From Hyperthermus butylicus DSM 5456 (GTDB taxonomy: Archaea > Thermoproteota > Thermoprotei_A > Sulfolobales > Pyrodictiaceae), in the NCBI RefSeq assembly GCF_000015145.1, contig NC_008818.1, positions 1,050,001-1,082,000 of the forward strand: DNA of 32,000 nucleotides, in the 5' to 3' direction. Made by a program: the position numbers and the translations under genes. This document shows, piece by piece, positions 17,501-24,594 of the stretch; the first letter of the stretch is position 1; every line of letters starts with the position of its first letter. The notes below the pieces were generated by a model that saw nothing but the letters and a program-made list of their open reading frames with translations, ran no database searches and was not told where the DNA came from.

Positions 17501-18339
17501 GCTCCAAGACAGTTAATGGCAAAGTGGTAGTCTACAAGGACTGGAAGGAGTGGCGCCAGGTGCACGACAAGTTCATCGAGGAGTTCAAGAGCTGTATGGC
17601 TGGCAACCCTGAGAACTACAGGAAGTGTGTCAAGCAGATGATTGATAAGTATGGCGAGTGGTATGCCACAATGGGCCCCGACGGCAACGTATGGGCATAC
17701 AGTATAAACTATCCATACCACTTCGAGCCCGTTGAGAGCCCAAGCCTCGAGCTAGCCACAACATACCCTGCAATAGCATGGAGAAGGATAGAGAACATGT
17801 TCTACATTGAGCCGCCAGAAAAGATGCCAGAACTCTACAAGGCTGTCACCGCTACCATGGAGGAGCTGCAGCGCATAGCACCAGAGGGCGCTGCCATAGT
17901 TGTTGTCACCGAGAATAGGCTTGAGGAACACTGGCACACAGGCATGATGAGCAGGAATGTGCCCTACCTAGCAGAGCTAATTCCAGAGCCATTCATAGAG
18001 ATACCGAAGGAGCTAGCAGACAAGCTAGGGATTAAGAGTGGCGACGTAGTAGAGGTTGGCAATAACAGAAACGTGATCTACCTGAGGGCACTTGTCACCC
18101 ATAGAATGCCAAAGCTAAACATCGCTGGCAAGGAGGTCTACGTAGTCAACATACCATGGCACTGGGGCTGGAGCGGGGCACACAACAGCTTCGACGTAGC
18201 CAATACAATATCGATACTAGCACTGGACATCGTAACAACAATGCAGGAGACCAAGGCGTTCCTGGCGTGGCTGAGGAAGGCGCCGCCAGAGAAGTACACG
18301 TACAAGTCAGAGCCTAGGATAAAAACAGCTATTGCTTAA
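14539..18339 (+). CDS. fdnG: Tat-exported molybdopterin (bis-MGD) oxidoreductase catalytic subunit, formate dehydrogenase-N alpha-like, Cys-type, unusually long (1266 aa)
   Basis: Twin-arginine signal (LSRRALLRAAIVGG). N-terminal [4Fe-4S] motif CTYCSVGCGI...x27...C(AKG). Active-site signature DARRCHSTTVAGL, with Cys-His at the SeCys-His position of FDHs. C-terminal MGD-binding beta-barrel (GIKSGDVVEVGNNRNVIYLRALVT...WHWGW). Confidence 0.85.
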   Translation: MQRTDNNSLKLSRRALLRAAIVGGVMAVLPKASLRALGFAAPKRYRLGEIGSLDLEETVEVRGVCTYCSVGCGIIFYRRGNRVVYLEGDPDNPLNEGKLCAKGKAGIQLFGAQNPLRARKPLIRVSPKPKPEEILAARDSNELMKVLEKYKPVWREVTWEEAFAYIMKKMREILEENRDAIRAYHPYDGKVCDSKKGCWFRLGNQYPVMIIAGAKLLNEEAYLIRKISMLIGSNNIDHDARRCHSTTVAGLAGTVGFGAQTQSFPDTQYISVYLILGGNPAEAHPVSMRHVMKGVNRGTLKLVVVDPRYGRTASKAELFAFHRPGTDIAVLYYLLHYAFWERNPPIDQLPEFKEYAKRFNIDLEEIEEIKDIAKRFTAEEVSRITGIPVDKLREIAKLFVENSGVTTGFKRFASIEWAMGLTQHHVGTQNTRLATLVQLALGNVGFPGGGLNPYRGHSNVQGTTDLCILSHIFPGYIKIPTNSKQIRAYQEWKLKGFPDAFNWRPSMNTCKALGLKCEECDENGDNCKLRVDSNALLWSWWFMNWRRYELAMGIFVGTDPEDKPWDENSAVISDLPLNKGYTENTWWMGVLMPDDPRTKKIGGKIDAMWIFAENIAVSNADAKMTMAALSALKLLVVADIFLSETAWFADVFLPSAFQYEKEGSITNSNRWIQWQHRVVEPPGDAKPDLWIMYKFWEYMRRSGLVRLPSEEYGKRVERVLVKHPDADTVVELYRRKIEPFMNYGSSRYPWRDYQEVDPVLVYKEIDAAVDLYYGQYDWAHDKILAMRRISAPRVPGQPDGLIDSGELEHPGGKAPLRLYKDWGWSWPRNVRILYNLYTLDKTFGIKDKFTFESGKYAVGPELDGKTVEIWGETGEIIDAKTKEPRPAFIPGHNFFIGKYYKRAWTCLTEKCREKSTADIFTGAVSAEELIREGKTAGKIVVWRLDGSYEVKTVDELGIRCPMCESFYYDEELVIGYGKAAFNKPYFKGSKTVNGKVVVYKDWKEWRQVHDKFIEEFKSCMAGNPENYRKCVKQMIDKYGEWYATMGPDGNVWAYSINYPYHFEPVESPSLELATTYPAIAWRRIENMFYIEPPEKMPELYKAVTATMEELQRIAPEGAAIVVVTENRLEEHWHTGMMSRNVPYLAELIPEPFIEIPKELADKLGIKSGDVVEVGNNRNVIYLRALVTHRMPKLNIAGKEVYVVNIPWHWGWSGAHNSFDVANTISILALDIVTTMQETKAFLAWLRKAPPEKYTYKSEPRIKTAIA

Positions 18340-18382
18340 CCCACCAACAATGTTTAACCCATACACATGGTCCATGTAGGGG

Positions 18383-19189
18383 GTGTGGATAGGCTTGACC
18401 GAGTACGCAATAATGGTGAATATAGACAACTGTATAGGCTGTAGAGCCTGCCAGATAGCATGCAAGGTGTGGAATGGGCTTAAAGCAGAACTCACAAGCT
18501 TCAACCCTGAAGGCTATACAAACCCTGTGGATCTCACGCCAAACACGTGGATGATAATCGAGTTTATCGAAGGTACACGCGGCGGAGAGCCCTACTGGAT
18601 ATTCAAGAAGTTCCAGTGTATGCACTGCAGCGAAGCACCATGCGCCAAGGCATGCCCTGTAAACGCTATAGAGGTACACCCTGAGGGCGCCGTGGTGATA
18701 CGTTCCGACAAGTGTGTTGGCTGCCAATACTGCATAGAGGCGTGCCCGTACGATGTACCACGCTACGACCCGGTGACGAACAAGGTGTACAAGTGTACAC
18801 TGTGTATAGACAGGATACAGAATGGACTAGCTCCAGCATGTGTAGAGGCTTGTCCAACGGAGGCACTCGTATTCGGCCCCTACGACGAGCTTGTAAGGAA
18901 GTATCGCGAGGCAGGCTTCGAGATCTATGGCGACAAGGTTAACAGCTATGTTGGTAGGACACACTACCTCTACGCTACGAGGAAATACAAGGATATCGGT
19001 AGTGATGAAGGCAAGAAGTGGCACGAGGTTCTGGGCCTACCAAGCAATCCACAGGCTGGACTACCGGTCATAAAGGCTGGACGCGATATTGGTGCTGGGC
19101 TTGCCGTAGCAGCACTCGCCGGCGCAGTACTACACGCTGTATACTGGCGTGCTAAGAGAATTGAGGAGAGAAAGAAGCAGTCATCGTAA
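18383..19189 (+). CDS. fdnH: Formate dehydrogenase-N beta-like 4x[4Fe-4S] ferredoxin subunit with a C-terminal TM anchor
   Basis: Four Cys clusters: CIGCRACQIAC, CMHCSEAPCAKAC, CVGCQYCIEAC, CTLCIDRIQNGLAPACVEAC. C-terminal hydrophobic helix GAGLAVAALAGAVLHAVYW followed by basic residues. An alternative ATG start is at 18413. Confidence 0.85.
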   Translation: MWIGLTEYAIMVNIDNCIGCRACQIACKVWNGLKAELTSFNPEGYTNPVDLTPNTWMIIEFIEGTRGGEPYWIFKKFQCMHCSEAPCAKACPVNAIEVHPEGAVVIRSDKCVGCQYCIEACPYDVPRYDPVTNKVYKCTLCIDRIQNGLAPACVEACPTEALVFGPYDELVRKYREAGFEIYGDKVNSYVGRTHYLYATRKYKDIGSDEGKKWHEVLGLPSNPQAGLPVIKAGRDIGAGLAVAALAGAVLHAVYWRAKRIEERKKQSS

Positions 19190-19234
19190 CCCCATGGAGC
19201 TGTTTTAGGCTAAAGCTCGCGTGGGGGTGGAACC

Positions 19235-19984
19235 ATGGCTGGTGAGAGAGAGGTAAAGCTGTTTAGCGAGCTAGAGATATGGGTTCACAAACACGTAATA
19301 CACATAGCTGTAGTACTGATAGTCACTGGTCTCGCTATTAGCGCCTCAACCCTGCCATCGTGGATAAGGTGGACCGTCGACTGGATACCGTACCTGCTAG
19401 GCACACCAGCAGCCAAGGCTGCTGCACTGCTAGGTGGCTCGCCGATAGAACAGAGCTACGACGCATACAGTCTAGGCGTGCAGATTGCAAGAATCATCCA
19501 CAGGATAGCTGGTGTAGCACTAATAGCCTTCGGCATAGTGTGGCTTATCGGCGAGCTGCCTAGGGCAAGGCAGTGGCAGATATGGCCTGAAGGCGGGCTC
19601 GGCGAGGCAATCAAAAACCTCATGAACTACTATCTAGGCAAGAAGCCGGCAAGGTTCGGCAAGTACAACATCGGCCAGAAGCTCTGGATAATAGCTGTGG
19701 TTGTGGGCTCAGCACTGCTAGCAATTACAGGAATAATAATGTGGTTTAGGACAAGCTTCTCGCTAGAAACAGAGACACTGGCACACCAGCTGCACGTGTG
19801 GCTAGCATGGCTCGGCATCGCTGGGCTAATAGTACACGTCTACCTGACTATAGGGATTCCAGAGCATAGGCCAGCAGTGCGTGCAATGTTCCGTACCGGT
19901 ACAGTGCCAGAGGAGTTCGTTAAGGAGCACCACCCACTATACTACGAGAAGCTAAAGAAGACAGCCACAAGTGGGAAGAAGTAA
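19235..19984 (+). CDS. fdnI: Formate dehydrogenase-N gamma-like cytochrome b subunit
   Basis: Four predicted TM helices carrying conserved His (HKHVIHIAVV, HRIAGVAL, HQLHVWLAW, VHVYL), plus the KYNIGQKLW motif typical of the FdnI / Ni-hydrogenase cytochrome b family. Position is third in the operon. Confidence 0.75.
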   Translation: MAGEREVKLFSELEIWVHKHVIHIAVVLIVTGLAISASTLPSWIRWTVDWIPYLLGTPAAKAAALLGGSPIEQSYDAYSLGVQIARIIHRIAGVALIAFGIVWLIGELPRARQWQIWPEGGLGEAIKNLMNYYLGKKPARFGKYNIGQKLWIIAVVVGSALLAITGIIMWFRTSFSLETETLAHQLHVWLAWLGIAGLIVHVYLTIGIPEHRPAVRAMFRTGTVPEEFVKEHHPLYYEKLKKTATSGKK

Positions 19985-20003
19985 GGCTTCATCACCCCAC
20001 ACC

Positions 20004-20013
20004 TTGTTTTTCT
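20004..20013 (+). terminator. Oligo-T tract (candidate archaeal terminator or pause) between fdnI and fdhD
   Basis: ccttgtttttctc: five consecutive T at 20007-20011, about 20 nt after the fdnI stop codon. Archaeal termination commonly uses T-tracts. Confidence 0.3.
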
Positions 20014-20105
20014 CATTAACCTCTGCGCCGGGGGTTCTCCTCGGCCCAAAACGCTTCGAAGCTTAGAGTTGTGGAGTGCTATGAAACTCTACTGAGAGTG
20101 TATAG

Positions 20106-20969
20106 GTGCATAAACCCATGGCCCACGGAAATGGCGGAAATGCAGCACTTAGCGCGCTGCGTGAGTGCAGCCTAGCAACCGTGCTGGCCTATGGCCACCA
20201 TGTGGCTGCAGATTATGAGTACGAGATCATCGTCGATGGAAACTACCTAGGCATCATACATGCAAGCCCAAACTATCTTGACGATGCTGTTGCCGGGCTT
20301 TTGCTACGTGAGGGGGAGGCTAGGCTCGGCGATCATGTTGTGATTGAACATGTTGAGCTTGTAGGCCCTCTGAGGTACCGCGTAAGGGCGCGCCGTGTAG
20401 AGGCCGTCTCTGCATCCCTGCCACGTGATGGCACCGTTGAGTGGGATACCGTGCAGATTATCTACCGCGACTTTGTCTCGAGAATTCCGAAGAAAGTCTG
20501 CCCCTATGCACTTCACACGATAGCCGTATACATGCTCGGTCAGGCTGAGAGGATTGAGAGACTGCTCGTGGTTTCCGACGCTAGCAGGCATAGTGCAGCA
20601 CTCAAGGTTGCTGGTGCACTTTCCAGGCTTGCAAGCGAGGGAAAGCTTGAGGGCTTACAACTGGTTGCTGTAAGCACTGGGAGAATTTCAGCTGATGCTG
20701 TAACAGCGCTATCAGCTGCAGGTGTATGGATTATCATTAGCAATCACCACCCGCTACTAAGCGGGCTCGTGGAGGCGCTAAAGCGCGGCGTAACGCTCGT
20801 CTTGAGGAGGCCTGATGGTGTAGGGCTTGCAGTCTACACCTCGTCCTGGAGGGTAAAGAATGCTCCAACCATAGAACTCGAGCTTAGCGCCAGTACTCCC
20901 GGCGTGGGGGAGGTCGAGCGAGCTGCTCCACAAAGGGTTAGAGGTAGGGTAGCTGCACCTACATGCTAG
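20106..20969 (+). CDS. fdhD: FdhD-family formate dehydrogenase accessory (sulfurtransferase-like) protein, divergent
   Basis: N-terminal EYEIIVDGNYLGIIHASPNYLDDAVAGLLLREG (compare E.pl.i.vNG...m.tP.dle.la.Gfl.sEG). Also SDASRHSAALKVAGAL (compare GRHNAlDKviG) and AVSTGRISADAVTALSAAGVWIII (compare SGRiS.Emv.Ka..aGip). Start uncertain (GTG 20106 or ATG 20118). Confidence 0.68.
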   Translation: MHKPMAHGNGGNAALSALRECSLATVLAYGHHVAADYEYEIIVDGNYLGIIHASPNYLDDAVAGLLLREGEARLGDHVVIEHVELVGPLRYRVRARRVEAVSASLPRDGTVEWDTVQIIYRDFVSRIPKKVCPYALHTIAVYMLGQAERIERLLVVSDASRHSAALKVAGALSRLASEGKLEGLQLVAVSTGRISADAVTALSAAGVWIIISNHHPLLSGLVEALKRGVTLVLRRPDGVGLAVYTSSWRVKNAPTIELELSASTPGVGEVERAAPQRVRGRVAAPTC

Positions 20970-22009
20970 GCACACGTATAGCTTCTCGCCGTGGAGGTGT
21001 CACGAATCCCTTGACTGGCTCCAAGCCGGGAGGTAACCGGGATAGCCTCGGGGAGAGTATAGGGCCGCAGCCTCCAAGGCCTCTATCCGAGGCTCTTCCC
21101 GAGCTGCTCGAGTGGCTAGAAAAACTATCCTCGAAGGACCTAGAGAATGCCACGGCATACCATATACTAGGAGAGGTCTACAGGGTTCAGGCTGAGATTG
21201 AGAGGGAGGCCCTGGAGAGGCTGAGAGGGCTAAATGACTACCTGGCATCGACAGCTAGGAGGGTTCACCGGGAGAAGCGCCCACTATTAGAGCTCCTGGG
21301 CGGTATTCCGGAGGAGCTACTTGACGAGGAGTGGCTCCGCAGATCGATGCTGAAGATTATCGAGGCTACTAGGAGGGCTGGAATGGATCTATCCGCTGCA
21401 GCAGCACCTGTAGAAGCCCCGGTAGCTAAAGGCCTTATCAGCATAGTCAATGTCGTCAGGGAACTCGTAGAGGGTAAGGAGGATACTCTCAATGCATGGG
21501 CAGGGGCAGTCTCTATTGAGAGGGATAAGCTGCGCGCCCTAGCACTGTGGCTCCTACAGCCGCTACTCTCAGCTGTGAGGCTTGCAGCTGCAAACGGGCT
21601 CAAGTGGTCCGCGGAGTTTTGGCAGCAGGGAGTGTGCCCCGTCTGTGGTGCCCCGGCGAGGCTTGGCTACATGCGGGGTGAGGGGCGCCACCAGTTTATG
21701 AGGTGCCAGGTGTGCGGGTTTGAGTGGAGATTTCCGCGGGCACGCTGCCCGCGCTGTGGAGCCGACAAGCCTGGCGACATCGTGTTCCTGACGCCTCTAC
21801 CCGATGCAAAGTGGCTCCGTCTATACCAGTGCAAGCGCTGCAACTGGTACTGGAAGATAGTCGACGAGGAGGATTCTGAGGCCCTAAAGCACGGCCTGCC
21901 GCCACACGAGCTATACGACGTCTACACATACACCCTAGACCTTATCGCGGAGCAGCTCTCCTCGAAGAAGAGCGGAGTGAACGGACAGAGGAGAGGTGGG
22001 AAGGATTGA
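20963..22009 (+). CDS. fdhE: FdhE-like formate dehydrogenase maturation protein (rubredoxin-type Cys clusters)
   Basis: The C-terminal half has paired CxxC motifs in FdhE order: CPVCGAP...CQVCGFEW...CPRCGAD...CKRCNWYWKIVD. The ATG overlaps the fdhD stop (ATGCTAG). Confidence 0.75.
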   Translation: MLGTRIASRRGGVTNPLTGSKPGGNRDSLGESIGPQPPRPLSEALPELLEWLEKLSSKDLENATAYHILGEVYRVQAEIEREALERLRGLNDYLASTARRVHREKRPLLELLGGIPEELLDEEWLRRSMLKIIEATRRAGMDLSAAAAPVEAPVAKGLISIVNVVRELVEGKEDTLNAWAGAVSIERDKLRALALWLLQPLLSAVRLAAANGLKWSAEFWQQGVCPVCGAPARLGYMRGEGRHQFMRCQVCGFEWRFPRARCPRCGADKPGDIVFLTPLPDAKWLRLYQCKRCNWYWKIVDEEDSEALKHGLPPHELYDVYTYTLDLIAEQLSSKKSGVNGQRRGGKD

Positions 22010-22188
22010 GCACAGAGCAGAGGGACTCCACGGTGGACCCGGAAGAGGAGACGGGCTTCGCAGAGGAGATGCCTGAGGACTTCTATGCTGCTGAGGAGCT
22101 GATGCTGGGAGCTCTATCGAAGTGTAGAAGGCCGGGTGCTGGGAAGAAAAAGAAGACTGTGGATAAGTACATGGACTCGGAGTCCTAG
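22006..22188 (+). CDS. Small hypothetical protein (60 aa, acidic N-terminus, Lys-rich C-terminus), possibly translationally coupled to fdhE
   Basis: The TTG start overlaps the fdhE TGA stop (aTTGAgc). No recognisable motif, and coding status is uncertain. Confidence 0.3.
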   Translation: MSTEQRDSTVDPEEETGFAEEMPEDFYAAEELMLGALSKCRRPGAGKKKKTVDKYMDSES

Positions 22189-22210
22189 GCCCCCACTTTG
22201 ACCTCTACTG

Positions 22211-24167
22211 CTACGAGCTTACGGCAGCGTACTGGTTGATGAGCTTTAGTGTTTCCGCGTCAAATGCTTTTACCATTGGCATACCTGGCGGATTCTGGGA
22301 CGCTACAGTGTAGATGACGTCGCCTATGTATAGGGTTCTGAGCACGTTCTCGTGCTCCAGTATGGCTTTGAGCCCTAACTTGCCGCTGGTGGGGTCGTAG
22401 CTTATTACTGCCACTCCGCTAAATTGACCCTCGCTCCTCGCAAGGTAGCCCGTTACCGGTATCAGCATGTAGTGGTGCCGCGTATCTAGGGTGAATGCGC
22501 GGTGGCCTGTACGTGGCTCCAGTACTGGGCTAGTAGCGTAGCCTTCAACGTTCCTGCTGGGTATGTATACCGTTGATATCTGCTCTATACTGTCGTCAGG
22601 GTTCACCCTGTAGGTCGAGATGCGGAGGCTATTGTCCTCTCTGCCGACGCCGACTAGTAGTGTCTCGTTGAGCGGGTGTAGGTACTCGTCGAAGCCTGGG
22701 CCCTCACGGTAGCCAAGCGATTTGGGATTTTCTTGGGTCGAAGAGGTCTATAACAAAGAGCGGGTCGATGAACCGGAAGGTTACCAGGTATAGGCGGCTG
22801 CCTAGGAATCGGACTGCGTGTACCTGCTCATCTACAGCTATCCCGGCTAGTCTCGCTACTTCCTCGAGCGTTTCTGCGTTGAGCACGTAGAGGTCCACGC
22901 TTGTACCCTTCTCGCCTCTTGTGGTGACCACTATTCTGAGGTAGTCGTTGTACTCATCTAGCTGCCACTGCTTCCCGAGTACACCGCTTATCGTTTTGTG
23001 GGCCTCAATGCTTAGCTTTGGTCCCTCCTCCACCGCTATCCTCACTATTGTGGTCTTATTCCAGCTCGTTAACTCCATAGCTTTCTCCAGGACCTCGGCC
23101 AAGTTTGCACGCTCGCCCATCATCGCGTGTAGATCCTCTATGCCCGGCAGTGCGAGGTATAGCGTCCCGTTAGCAGTCATGTAGATTACGCGGGGAGAGA
23201 CACCGAGCAATACCAGGGTGTCATAGGCTCCCGTCTCCAGGTTCACGGCCGCGACCACGGTCTCGCCAGAGGCGCCAACAAGTATCGGCGGCTGAAACGG
23301 CACAACCACGTCCACACGGCAGGTCTCGGAGCTCCACACGACCAGCATTGGTTTTACAAGCTGGTAGCCACCAGTAACTGCTACAACAACCCCACCAGCA
23401 AGACGTGCATCATAGAACGAGCCAGGTAACGCTAGGGCCCACTCGATACTACCAGTTCCCGGGTCCACCTTCAAAATCCATGTTCTAGGCTCCAGGAGTG
23501 GCAGCATTGAGTACTCGTCTACGAAAATGACCACACTGCTATCAGCTATGAAGAGGCTGCTTATCCTAAACATCTTCCCTAGCCTGCCAAGGCTTCTAGA
23601 CTCGTTGCCTTCGACAACTATCAGCTCGGCGGGCGGCGATAGCTTCTCCATGAGCTTCCCAGCATCAATAACCGCCACCGGCTTCAGCTCCTCCGGCGGG
23701 TAGGCATGGAAGACTACCAGCCTCTCGCCATTAACGACGAATATGTGCGTACCATTAGTCTTAACTATGTCCGGCTCGTCGACACCATAGACCTGGACGT
23801 TTGTCACGCTGTACTCGGGCACACCGGCTCCAGCCTCAGCAGGCACCTGTGATGGGGCGGCAGTTGTCTCTACAACAGCCACTTCTGGCGCCCAGCGAGC
23901 CACCAGCTTGTAGGCCTCGTAGATGTACGGCATGCCGAGTAGGTACAGGCCCGCCCTGAGCTGGTCAAGCGCCTCGACGGGCACCTGGTACCCTAAACCT
24001 ACACCAGCCACACCCAGTATTGAGCCAGCAGAGCGGTGGGACCAGCTTGGGTTTATGAGGTTCCTAGTACCGGTAGTAGCTGGAGCTGCGGCTGCTGCTG
24101 TGGTGACGCTTTCGTGGAGGAGAAGGATACAAGGATAAACGACCCGATAAGGGGCTCTCGGTGGCAC
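22211..24167 (-). pseudogene. Secreted beta-propeller domain protein (COG4880 / PF09826-like), interrupted by a single-nucleotide frameshift near 22733
   Basis: The upstream ORF (22704-24167) carries EYSVTNVQVYGVDEPDIVKTNGTHIFVV and ...VHAVRFLGSRLYLVTFRFIDPLFVIDLFDP, then terminates. The next frame continues with ENPKSLGYREGPGFDEYLHPLNETLLVGVGRE and runs into the 22211-22606 ORF. Together they restore the family pattern DPlfviDLsdPenP...GfseYLHP. Confidence 0.7.
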
Positions 24168-24576
24168 AGCACTCCGGGTCTACCTACTACTCCTCCGCTC
24201 TAAGCGGCCCCTTGGGGTAAGGGAGGTTCAGAGGCTTGTTGGCCTAAGGAGCCCGAGCACTGCACGCCACCACTTGGAAAGACTTGTCTCTCTGGGCCTG
24301 GCAGAGAGGAGGCCAGATGGCTACGTCGCTGTTAGACCCCGTGGCTTCCTATCGCTATACATTGCTGCCCAGGGACGCTTACTCCCAAGAACAATGGGGT
24401 TCGCAGCCTTTGCTGCCGCAGCTGCAGCCGTATACCCTTTCATGCCGGGCGCTGACCCAGCTGCAGCTGGCTTCCTAGCAGTCACCGCCGCGATAGCTGT
24501 GTGGCGCGCAGTGGACGAGTACCGGGCCGTGAAAGCACTGCTCGGAGAAGATGGAGGAGAGAAAAAGGAACAGTAG
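24151..24576 (+). CDS. Small membrane-anchored winged-helix (wHTH) protein: N-terminal wHTH plus two C-terminal TM helices. No canonical start codon lies upstream of the wHTH.
   Basis: The frame is open from 24151 and encodes ALRVYLLLLRSKRPLGVREVQRLVGLRSPSTARHHLERLVSLGLAERRPDGYVAV, a complete wHTH. This is followed by hydrophobic FAAFAAAAAAVYPF and AAGFLAVTAAIAVW. The first ATG/GTG/TTG in frame is the TTG at 24274, inside the recognition helix. Confidence 0.5.
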   Translation, partial: GALGGTALRVYLLLLRSKRPLGVREVQRLVGLRSPSTARHHLERLVSLGLAERRPDGYVAVRPRGFLSLYIAAQGRLLPRTMGFAAFAAAAAAVYPFMPGADPAAAGFLAVTAAIAVWRAVDEYRAVKALLGEDGGEKKEQ

Positions 24577-24594
24577 ATGCCGATTTATGGTGGT

